From: a virus
Taxonomy: Duplodnaviria; Caudoviricetes
Virus record (IMG/VR): IMGVR_UViG_3300033067_000599
Location: 1 to 34,190 of that record
Direction: 5' to 3' (one strand)
DNA: 34,190 nt
Positions 1 through 9,000 of this stretch are shown piece by piece; within the stretch, counting starts at the first letter, position 1; each line of letters begins with the position of its first letter. Both the position numbers and the translations under genes were made by a program. Below the pieces are notes generated by a model. It was not told the origin of the DNA, ran no database searches, and saw nothing but the letters and a program-made list of their open reading frames with translations.

Positions 1-195
1 CTGGCGAGCCTGTCGCACGACGATGCAATCAAAGCCATGATGGACGAGCGGACAAATGTGCCGAAGCAATGGTGCGATACATGCCAGCACAACACGACCT
101 ACACCGTCAACGGCATCGGGATGTGGCTATGCGACCTGTGCCGGTGCGACAATACGCCTAACACCCAACGCAGCGGCGGGACAAACGACAAATGA
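1..195 (+). CDS. 5'-truncated small zinc-ribbon protein
   Basis: Frame 1 is open from the window edge to TGA at 193-195 and reads ...WCDTCQHNTTYTVNGIGMWLCDLC... (two CxxC pairs). Hand-translated; not in the ORF track. Confidence 0.55.
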   Translation: MASLSHDDAIKAMMDERTNVPKQWCDTCQHNTTYTVNGIGMWLCDLCRCDNTPNTQRSGGTNDK

Positions 196-217
196 CTAAA
201 GAAATGTTCAACGGTCT

Positions 218-793
218 ATGAAAAAACTCTCTATTAAACAACGTGCAGAATACCACAACAATGCCTTCCCACATCTTCCTCCACTAGCGTATGACGGAGA
301 ACGAAACCTTATCACCGGCATGTGGTTCCTCGGCGGTGGACGCGACACAGGATATTATGGTGCCTATCACCACAACTACATGGAACGAATCGAATCCATG
401 TTCAAAGACGCAACTAAAGTCGTCCACATATTCTCGGGTTCGCTTCCGCGTTCTGATTCGTATATTCGCGTCGACCAGAACCCAAAGCTTCAGCCAGATA
501 TTGTTGCGGACGTGGAAAAGCTCTCGACGTCACTTCCATTTGCGCCAGACTTAATCTATGCTGATCCACCGTATAGTGTTGAAGACGCAGAGCACTATGG
601 GTGTGTCTTGTGCAATCGAACCAAGGTAGTAGAAGAGTGCGGGCTTACGCTTCAAGTTGGGGGTTTCCTTGTATGGCTGGACCAAGTTCTTCCTATCTTT
701 CGCAATGACCTAATGCGAATGGTGGGCATGATTGGCAATGTTAGGTCAACAAACAACCGAGTCCGTTTAACTACTATCTTTCAAAGAATATGA
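218..793 (+). CDS. Putative DNA amino (N6-A/N4-C) methyltransferase
   Basis: SAM-binding motif I-like VVHIFSGS followed by catalytic motif IV LIYADPPY. Compact (191 aa), next to replication genes. Confidence 0.7.
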   Translation: MKKLSIKQRAEYHNNAFPHLPPLAYDGERNLITGMWFLGGGRDTGYYGAYHHNYMERIESMFKDATKVVHIFSGSLPRSDSYIRVDQNPKLQPDIVADVEKLSTSLPFAPDLIYADPPYSVEDAEHYGCVLCNRTKVVEECGLTLQVGGFLVWLDQVLPIFRNDLMRMVGMIGNVRSTNNRVRLTTIFQRI

Positions 794-990
794 ATGAAAG
801 AGACGAGTACAATAAAAAGTTTGCTGAAGCTTTAGGATGGACAAGTGTAGGGCTTACTTGCAAAAACTTTGAACCCCCATGTCTAATGGGAATTCCACCA
901 AGTATTGGACCATTATCTGTAAATTCGAGAATGTGGGATTTGTATATGACTAAGATTCCGGATTATTATACAATAGCAAAAATTATATGA
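790..990 (+). CDS. Small phage hypothetical protein (NinX/ABA-sandwich-like start)
   Basis: ATGA overlaps with both neighbours. The N-x-x-x-AEALGW...PDY pattern is typical of phage accessory proteins. Confidence 0.5.
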   Translation: MNERDEYNKKFAEALGWTSVGLTCKNFEPPCLMGIPPSIGPLSVNSRMWDLYMTKIPDYYTIAKII

Positions 991-1385
991 CCCCTGATCA
1001 AATCCTTATAGAAGCCCGCAAGTTAGTAGACCCTAGTTATACTCCTGGTCAAGCTTTTGATGCCATCCTAGCGTTGAGAACAGGAAGAGTCACGGTCAAC
1101 GACATGGCCTGGGCTTTGTCTGGTTCTCGACCAACTACCACGGCAGAAACAGACCTATCCAAAATACCTGTAGAGGAAGACCGATTTTGTGACGACACTT
1201 TAATGCCTTTCGGAAAGTACAAAGGAACACCATTACGTAATGTTCCTATTTCCTATCTCCGTTGGCTTTGGGACCAACGTCCTATGAGTAATAAGCAGCT
1301 CGAAAAGTACATCTCCTTAGCCATCAAAGCAGATGACATGGAAAACGAAGAAGATGATGGAGAAACTTGTTTAGACAAAATATGA
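987..1385 (+). CDS. DUF3820/QSregVF_b-like protein
   Basis: Signature DTLMPFGKYKGTPLRNVPISYLRWL; acidic C-terminus. Confidence 0.7.
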   Translation: MTPDQILIEARKLVDPSYTPGQAFDAILALRTGRVTVNDMAWALSGSRPTTTAETDLSKIPVEEDRFCDDTLMPFGKYKGTPLRNVPISYLRWLWDQRPMSNKQLEKYISLAIKADDMENEEDDGETCLDKI

Positions 1386-1741
1386 TCACCACCTACCGCA
1401 TTGTCGCACCATACTATGTTGCCGATCTAGTAAAAGACGAAGACACTATCGTACAAACCGCACCAATTCTCAAGTGGGCTATTGGTAAAAGCTGGGAGTT
1501 TGTCCGCGAATACCTTCAGCGCAAAGGGTACACAATCGAACCCGTAATCGACGAAGCAGAAACACGCTTTGCCTTTGAGACTAAGGCAGGCACATTTGTT
1601 GTCTACCACGCAGGAAGCTTCATACAAAAGATCGAATACTTTGACCACGAAGAAGAGAAGATCGAAGTAAAGTTCGACCAACTTCCTGACCATGTGCAAA
1701 TCTTTGTAATCGAAACAATCTTTGAGAACATTGAACTATGA
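1382..1741 (+). CDS. Hypothetical protein
   Basis: ATG at 1382 overlaps the upstream TGA (ATGA), and the stop overlaps the polymerase ATG. Start revised from 1367. Confidence 0.6.
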   Translation: MITTYRIVAPYYVADLVKDEDTIVQTAPILKWAIGKSWEFVREYLQRKGYTIEPVIDEAETRFAFETKAGTFVVYHAGSFIQKIEYFDHEEEKIEVKFDQLPDHVQIFVIETIFENIEL

Positions 1742-4407
1742 TTGTAAAAAATCGCTTTCCCACATTACAATCCCACCTACGTTTAGCAGTTATTGGAGAA
1801 TGTCCAAGCAAAGTCGAATCAGAAGAAGGAGAACCTCTTGTAGGTAAAGTAGGAGACTTTGTAGGTCGACTTCTGTCCCGTTCAGGCATATCCAAGGAAG
1901 CTTGTTTCCTCGGCAACCTTGCACAAGACCGAGCACCGAATGGTGACTTCTCTTCGTTTGATTGGAATGACAATATCGTTCAGAGCGGCCTACTCCAACT
2001 CGACATTGATCTAAAGGCATTCAAACCAAACATCATTCTCGCACTAGGCAACGCACCGTTACACTGGCTCAAGGTTGGAAACGTTGCTCCTAAAAAGGTA
2101 AAGAAAAAGGGTTTGTTTGTTTTCAAATGGCCTTACTCAGTATTCAACTGGCGTGGTTCAATCTTTCAATCACAATATGGAAAAGCGATTTCCACTCTTC
2201 TTCCCGCATACGTTTTACGAGATTACAGCACATCTCCTTTGCTACAGTTTGACATACGAAGAGCAGTATCGGAGGCGAAGACAAATACAATTGTTTTACC
2301 TGAAAGGAAAATTAACGCGTGCCCGTCTTTCTCCGATGTTACTAGCTTTCTACTGGCACTACATGCAAACCCACGTCTTGTTGCAATCGACATCGAGGGC
2401 GGAGTCTACGGCATGTCGTGCATCTCGTTTGCGGACCAAACAAATAACGCAATCATCGTACCCTTCTTCCGCAAGGACGGCACTAGCTACTGGAACCAAG
2501 ACGAGGAAGCCATAATTCTTCGTCTTCTCGCCACTGTTCTGGAGAACCCTGTTGTGCCCAAGGTTCTCCAGAACTCTCTTTATGACCGTTTTGTCCTAGC
2601 ATGGGCATACGGTATACGGGTCTTCGGAACTCAAGACGATACCATGCTAAAGCATTGGGAGAAGTTTTCAGAACTCCCAAAGGACCTTGGAACACAGGCG
2701 TCCATTTATACAATGGAGCCGTATTACAAGCAAGACCGGAAATCGAACTCCGACGACACGTTCTACCGCTATTGTTGTCTCGACAGCGCTGTAACCTACG
2801 AGATCAACAAAGTTCTCGAACCTAAAATTATCGGCTCTCCAAGAGTGCATTATACGTTCAATGTAAACCTTCTCAACGCTCTACTCTACATGGAGTTAAG
2901 AGGCACAGAGTATAATTCTGTCGAAGCAGCACAACGACGAGCTGCCATCAATATAGAACGCTACAAGCTTCAAGCCAAGATTAACACCTTGTCCGGTCGT
3001 GGGCTTACGAAACAAATTACAAGAGACGAACTAAGACGCCTATCCATAGATCGTTTTGTAATGAAAAAGTTCAGAAAACTTGCTGACAAAGTCGACGAGT
3101 CTATGAAAGCTTTTTGCTACACTAGCGACAGCAATACAGCACATGGCAATCTTTCTGACTACGCACAGTATCTTGTCTGTCTCTGCCAACCCAACCCTGA
3201 CCTAGCAACACTAGGTCAAATCGAAGACCTTCTTGGCCTCTCTCTAAACATCGAATCCCACAAGCAATTCACTCAATACCTATATGAAGAACAGTCTCTA
3301 CCCAAACAGTTTGACACCTCAAAAGATCCGCCAACTCTCTCAGCGAATTACGAAGCTTTACTCAACCTATCGAAAAAGACAACCCATCCGGTGCCCAAAG
3401 TGGCTATTGAACTACGTAGCCTACTTACTCGCCAACAAATGCTTTCAATCTCTGCGGATAGAGACGGTCGCATCCGGTGTGGATATAACATTGTCGGCTC
3501 AGAAACAGGACGTGTTACTTGCTATGAAAGCCCGACTGGATCGGGTTACAATCTTCAAACAATCCCTAAGTGCGACCGAGACTTATTCGTGGCTGACGAT
3601 GGTTTTTGGTACTTCCAATGTGATCTCGCTGGAGCTGACGGATGGACAGTGGCAGCATATTGTAAAATGCTTGGTGACTCAAACATGCTTGATGATTACA
3701 TGTTTGGAATCAAGCCTGCTAAAATCATCGCCCTTGCATTACGCGGCACAAAATGCGATTTCTCTAACCGCGAAAGCTTACGGGCTGCTAGCAAAACGGT
3801 CTCGTCTGAAGACTGGGACTACTTTGCTTGCAAACGAATCCAACACGGCACTTCCTACCTCGAAGGAGCAAGAACAACTTGCGAACAAATCTACACTGAC
3901 AGCGAAGGCAAGTTCTACATGGAAGAGAAGGAAGTAAAGAAACTCCAATACTGGCTTAAAGAAGAACGTTACGTTGGCATCCCACGCTGGCACGATTGGG
4001 TTGGGCGAAAGCTTCGAGACAACCCTATGCTGACCGCTGCGTCTGGTCAACAACGAATCTTCTTTGGTCGTCGTGACGAAATCCTACCTAAAGCAGTAGC
4101 GTTTGAACCCCAGGCAAACACAACCTATGCGACAAATCTTGCTATGCAAAATCTCTGGAATGACCCAGAAAATCGGACTACTGGAGAAACTATACCTTTC
4201 CATGTCGAACCTCTTCACCAAGTCCACGATGCACTCAACGGGCAATTTAGAAAAGAAAAAACCGAATGGTCAACTCGTAAGATTAAATCCTGGTTTAATA
4301 ACCCGCTAACCATTGCTGGGCAACAAATCACCATCCCGTATGACGGAGGCTATGGTCGCAACTGGTACGAAGCTGGAAGCGAAGAAAAACGAGTAGGCAA
4401 AATCTAG
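1738..4407 (+). CDS. Family A DNA polymerase with N-terminal UDG (family 4-like) domain and 3'-5' exonuclease
   Basis: UDG-like: IGECPSKVE..EGEPLVGKVG, PNIILALG. ExoI AIDIE, ExoII QNSLYD, ExoIII YCCLD. Polymerase motifs: ETGRV, NLQTIP, A (DLAGAD), B (KRIQHGTSY), C (QVHDA). Confidence 0.93.
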   Translation: MIVKNRFPTLQSHLRLAVIGECPSKVESEEGEPLVGKVGDFVGRLLSRSGISKEACFLGNLAQDRAPNGDFSSFDWNDNIVQSGLLQLDIDLKAFKPNIILALGNAPLHWLKVGNVAPKKVKKKGLFVFKWPYSVFNWRGSIFQSQYGKAISTLLPAYVLRDYSTSPLLQFDIRRAVSEAKTNTIVLPERKINACPSFSDVTSFLLALHANPRLVAIDIEGGVYGMSCISFADQTNNAIIVPFFRKDGTSYWNQDEEAIILRLLATVLENPVVPKVLQNSLYDRFVLAWAYGIRVFGTQDDTMLKHWEKFSELPKDLGTQASIYTMEPYYKQDRKSNSDDTFYRYCCLDSAVTYEINKVLEPKIIGSPRVHYTFNVNLLNALLYMELRGTEYNSVEAAQRRAAINIERYKLQAKINTLSGRGLTKQITRDELRRLSIDRFVMKKFRKLADKVDESMKAFCYTSDSNTAHGNLSDYAQYLVCLCQPNPDLATLGQIEDLLGLSLNIESHKQFTQYLYEEQSLPKQFDTSKDPPTLSANYEALLNLSKKTTHPVPKVAIELRSLLTRQQMLSISADRDGRIRCGYNIVGSETGRVTCYESPTGSGYNLQTIPKCDRDLFVADDGFWYFQCDLAGADGWTVAAYCKMLGDSNMLDDYMFGIKPAKIIALALRGTKCDFSNRESLRAASKTVSSEDWDYFACKRIQHGTSYLEGARTTCEQIYTDSEGKFYMEEKEVKKLQYWLKEERYVGIPRWHDWVGRKLRDNPMLTAASGQQRIFFGRRDEILPKAVAFEPQANTTYATNLAMQNLWNDPENRTTGETIPFHVEPLHQVHDALNGQFRKEKTEWSTRKIKSWFNNPLTIAGQQITIPYDGGYGRNWYEAGSEEKRVGKI

Positions 4408-4411
4408 TGCC

Positions 4412-4426
4412 TTTCAATTATTGAAA
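4412..4426. promoter_or_regulatory. Palindromic element TTTCAATTATTGAAA, copy 1
   Basis: 7-1-7 inverted repeat between the polymerase stop (4407) and the ATG at 4434, followed by AGGA. Confidence 0.65.
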
Positions 4427-4433
4427 AGGAAAT

Positions 4434-4769
4434 ATGCTGAGTAAAAAAGACCTTGAACTTATCGAAATAGAAAAGGACGAAGAAGAACAAATCGAGTACC
4501 GTGTTCGTATTATTAAACACTGCTTTCTTTTTTTACAAAAAAGTGCATACATGACTTGTATTAAACCGAGCGAAGTAAAAAAAGAAGTTTTTACGGAATT
4601 GCAAACAGCCCTTTGGCATTACGTCTATGGAGAAATCGCTGACCGCCTTGACGACATTGCGTACAAACTACAGTTAATGTCTATTGAAAGTTCTCAGTTA
4701 AAAACAATAGACGCTATTTACAAAGACATCCAAATGCTCCGTCTCAAATGCCGTAACGTTCAACCATAA
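4434..4769 (+). CDS. Hypothetical protein
   Basis: 111-aa ORF filling the gap between polymerase and ATPase, with an AAGGA SD-like sequence upstream. Confidence 0.65.
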   Translation: MLSKKDLELIEIEKDEEEQIEYRVRIIKHCFLFLQKSAYMTCIKPSEVKKEVFTELQTALWHYVYGEIADRLDDIAYKLQLMSIESSQLKTIDAIYKDIQMLRLKCRNVQP

Positions 4770-4771
4770 AC

Positions 4772-6019
4772 ATGTCCTACCTTTCTGACTACATCTTCTA
4801 CAACTCCGGCAATGAATGTCCACGAGATTTCCACATCTGGTCCGCACTTGTCGCACTAAGCACCATTGTCGGTCGCAAAGTGTGGCTTGACCGCAAGTAC
4901 TTCGTCATCTATCCAAACATATATGTTTGTCTTGTAGGTTCTCCAGGTAGTGGAAAAAGTGTAGCCAAGGACATATCTAAATACCTAATCCTAGACCACT
5001 TTCCAAACGTCCCTTTGTCTGCATCTCTACAATCCCGTGAAGACATCTTGAAAAAGATGAGCTTACCTGAAACTGCTCGTGCGTTTAAACTGGCTGACGG
5101 GACTTACCAAGAATACAGACCCTTTGCCTTATACGTTAACGAACTACCGCTGTTCCTCTCCGTCGACCCAGCAAAAATGATAGGCTTTCTTGTAGACGCT
5201 TTTGATGCACGTATAGTCGATTCTGGTTTCAAGAAAGACGTAGTTCAAGATCGGGTAGAAAACCCGTATATGACCATGTGCTGTTGCTGTCCTCCTGACT
5301 GGATGATGAGGAACTTGAAGATGGACTTGTTCTCTGGCGGACTAGGACGACGCTTAATCATTGTCCACGCGAAAAAGACCAAATGGATAGCGGAACCATG
5401 TGTACCCGACGGTGGAGACGTAGCTTGGAAGCGAGTGATTGAACATCTTCAACAAGTAAAAGACTTCACCGGCCCAATGACTTTCTCTCCAGACGGACGA
5501 GACTGGTTTATCAAATGGTACGAGAATAAAAAAGCAAACCCTCCAGAAGACCCGATTCTTGCACAGTTCTATGAGACAAAGCATGTGCAGTTACAAAAAA
5601 TAGCCATGCTTTTGGCGTTGAACGAGCTGCCACTTAGTCGAGCGATAACCGCGGACAACTTTAAAACCGCACTAGCTATGCTCGACGTGCTTGAACCAGA
5701 AATACCAAAGCTTTCTTGTGGCGTTGGCCGCAACGTACTCGCTCCTAGCATGTCAGCACTCCTCGACCATATCGCTACAGCCGGTGGACAAATGAGCGAG
5801 AAGGTTCTTCTTCGTCTACTAAGCCGCGATCTACGTGCACCAGAATTCGAGGAAATTCTTAAACAGCTAACCATAACCGAACAAATAAAAAGGGCCGTTG
5901 TGATGGACAACGGCATACCACGTTCTTGGATTTTCCTACCTGGTGAGTATGAAAAGTGGCAGAAAAAAGCTAACGAACCAAAAGGCTCTGGAGAGTCCCC
6001 GGCTGCACCCCCTGCCTGA
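4772..6019 (+). CDS. DUF3987/YfjI-like P-loop (AAA+) ATPase, probable replicative helicase
   Basis: Walker A LVGSPGSGKS, Walker B-like LYVNE, GGLGRRL arginine-finger region, probable C-terminal winged helix. Adjacent to the polymerase. Confidence 0.75.
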   Translation: MSYLSDYIFYNSGNECPRDFHIWSALVALSTIVGRKVWLDRKYFVIYPNIYVCLVGSPGSGKSVAKDISKYLILDHFPNVPLSASLQSREDILKKMSLPETARAFKLADGTYQEYRPFALYVNELPLFLSVDPAKMIGFLVDAFDARIVDSGFKKDVVQDRVENPYMTMCCCCPPDWMMRNLKMDLFSGGLGRRLIIVHAKKTKWIAEPCVPDGGDVAWKRVIEHLQQVKDFTGPMTFSPDGRDWFIKWYENKKANPPEDPILAQFYETKHVQLQKIAMLLALNELPLSRAITADNFKTALAMLDVLEPEIPKLSCGVGRNVLAPSMSALLDHIATAGGQMSEKVLLRLLSRDLRAPEFEEILKQLTITEQIKRAVVMDNGIPRSWIFLPGEYEKWQKKANEPKGSGESPAAPPA

Positions 6020-9000
6020 CAATGTTCTGTGGATGCATTTTCAACTCAATAGCCCGCTTCGCCTGCGCTATAGTCATTTGGGGATTCTGCTTTAAGTACT
6101 GATCCACCATCTGTGCTTTCATCATCTCTTCTCTTGTCGGCATACCCATGAACGGCACACCAACTGCACGTTCCATTTGCATTTTCTCCATTAACTTTGC
6201 GCTCTCAGAAGGACCCTCAACAGAAGGAAACAACCTTTGAATCTCTTGAGCATCGGTCAAGTTATATCGACTCGCACTAGCCAGAGGATCCCGCGGATAC
6301 TTATACTCCTGCGCATACTCAATAGCACCTTTCAGCATTTCACGTACATCATAATCACCATACTCTGCCTTGCCGGCATAGAGTGCTTTTTGTGCTTCCT
6401 TGTAATTCCCGTTCAGCAAAAGTTTCGCAATTTCTTTCTTAAACCCGCCAAGTTCCTTTTGCCGATTCGTCTCGCTACGTAGATACATTGCCTGACGTTC
6501 GTAATACTGATTAACCGCTTTAGGTTTAAACCCTAACGCTTGAAGCACTGCATCCGTATCGTCCATTTTATGAACCATACGGTCTTGCGTATCCCTAGAG
6601 TCACCTCCAGCTTCTACAGTCTTCAGGATATTTCTAATCCCAGTTGGCGCAATCTTTTCTAACGCAGTCCAACCATCTCCTTCCACTACTGCATTAGCAG
6701 CTTTACCATAGTTTTCCAACATAGACGCTGCTGGACCAAGGAGGTTCTTCCACGAGAACCCGTCGTACGCGGATACACCAAGGAGATTGCCTAGTTGAAA
6801 CCGGGAACCAATATCCAATGGACCAGTGTTCAACGCACCATTCAACGCACCATCGGCAATCATACGACCAAGCTCTGCGTCGTCTCCAGCAAGGTTCACA
6901 AATGCTTCTCGCAATTCCTTCTTCACAGGCACACCAAAGATTTGTTCAATCAAAGCCACTGTACCAGCAACAAGCGGGTATCCAAGCAAACCAGCAAACA
7001 ATGCTTGCGTACCCATCATTGTGGCAAAGGCTTTTTGAGCTGAACTTCTCTCAGAAGCAGACAATCCTGGTTGACGAATGATAGCCTCCTTACCAAGACG
7101 AGCCATCATCGCAATCGTGTTGAACGTATAGCTATTCAAACTATACAACAGGCCGCCAACTCCAGTCCACTTCCCCATTCCTTGGAAAACTTCTGGACGA
7201 GTAACACGACCTCCACCGAACAAAGTCACATAAGTAAAATGCGAAGCCCAGTCGTACGCCTTTTGTCGATCACCTTTTGCAGTTGTCTCCATTGCATGTT
7301 TAAACGCTGCAATGAAAGTTGCTTGGCTGTTAAACCGTGTGCTGTACCCATAAAAATGACGTGCCGCAGCCATCATTTGGTACAATGGCTTTCTCAACAA
7401 CGCATCTCTAGCTTCACCAAGCTTGTTGTCCCCAGCAACTGAACTCCTGATCTTCGCGTAATCGAAATCAGTTTCTCCGTACAAGTCTGACTGAAACCCG
7501 GTTTTGATAATGTCGTTTCTAACCGCCTCAGCCACTGCCCAGTTCAAGTCTTCATTTTCATACTTCTTCCCGTTCTTCCAAGCTTTACCCATTTCTACTT
7601 GCGCGTCGACAAGAGACCGATACACCTTACTAAGCGACATTCCTTCCCTTATCAAACCAGGAACCACTGTCAACATCTGTTGCGTAGACTCCACAAGCAA
7701 CGTTGACGGGTTCAATCCCATGTAGTTGAAAAAGATAAGGTTCTTCATGGCTGTCCATTCCTTACCTTCGGGATTAGTGACAAAGTTAAGCCAATCCGAA
7801 AACCTATTTCTGATATTCAAATTCGCACGCATGTCGGGATTATTAAGCACAAGATGAGAGCCTTGTGTAACAAACCCCTTAGCGTGTTTATGCGCCACGG
7901 CGTCGACGTAATGCACATAACCCTCGACAAGATTAATATGCTCACGTCCAGCGGTAAACTTTCTCTCCCTCATGTACGGAGACGTACGAATCCATCTTGC
8001 ACCAGTCCCGGGCACATAACCCTCTCGAACAGCATCCACAACCGTCTCTGACCCGGGCATGGATTTCTCAATGTTATACAAAACATTGTCCATATACTGT
8101 TTATCGGCAGCCGCATACACGTCAACAAGGCGTTCCTTAATCAAACCCTGAAAACGCTCAGCCTTGTCCATTCGGTTGTAATGCATCATCCACTCGACAC
8201 CTCCTTCTTTCCTCAAACCTGCTACTCGGGTTGCTGCTTCTTGACGAGACTTAAAATGCTCCAAGTGAACCTTTGGTTTTCCTTTTGCATCAAGGTCTGT
8301 GGCCAACCCATACGCAATGTGCCAAGGGAGATACCGTACTTCTGGCATGTAGAACAACTTACCAGACCGTTCTCCGCTATCGTCTGCTTTTCCGAGCAAG
8401 TGGTCCTGTAGTTTAGTGTAATCTTCATAGTTTTTCTCCAAGTCCTTGAACAAACTCTTTTTTGTCTCGTCAGACAATGGAACTTTCTTGAAAAACTCTT
8501 GAGCCGACAACGCCCATTCTTGTTCATTGGCAAAAACACGTGGATTATTGCGATCATAGACAAGACTAACAGCTTCCTGACCCCATTTAGTTGCTTCTGG
8601 AGAGAACATGTTCTTATTATGCGACTGAATAGTAATAGCCGCAAGGTTGTTTGTCATCAACCTTCTTGTCCTAATCTCTTCTTCCCCAGTAATCTTTGAC
8701 ATCTCTCCAAACTGTTCAATGCAAAGATCAACTTTGTCCTTTTCAATCATTGAAAGGGACTTATATTCAGGCGACAACGCTTCTCGTTCAGCACGAGTCA
8801 TGAACGTGTCTTCCCCTGCTACACTTCTCTCGTTCTCTCGAAGTGCAATCTTATTAAACGCACTATTTTGCTTAGTCCCTTCTGACCCAATCCAGCGCAG
8901 TCTCTTCCAGTCCATCTCTCCTTTTTCGTTGCGCCATACTCGAGTCCATACTTCCATTACGTTGTTGTTTACAAACTGTGGATAGCGAACTCCAAGGGAA

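Noticed and set aside
3284-3937. 217-aa alternative-frame ORF inside the polymerase
   Set aside because: No recognisable motifs and fully nested in a conserved gene.
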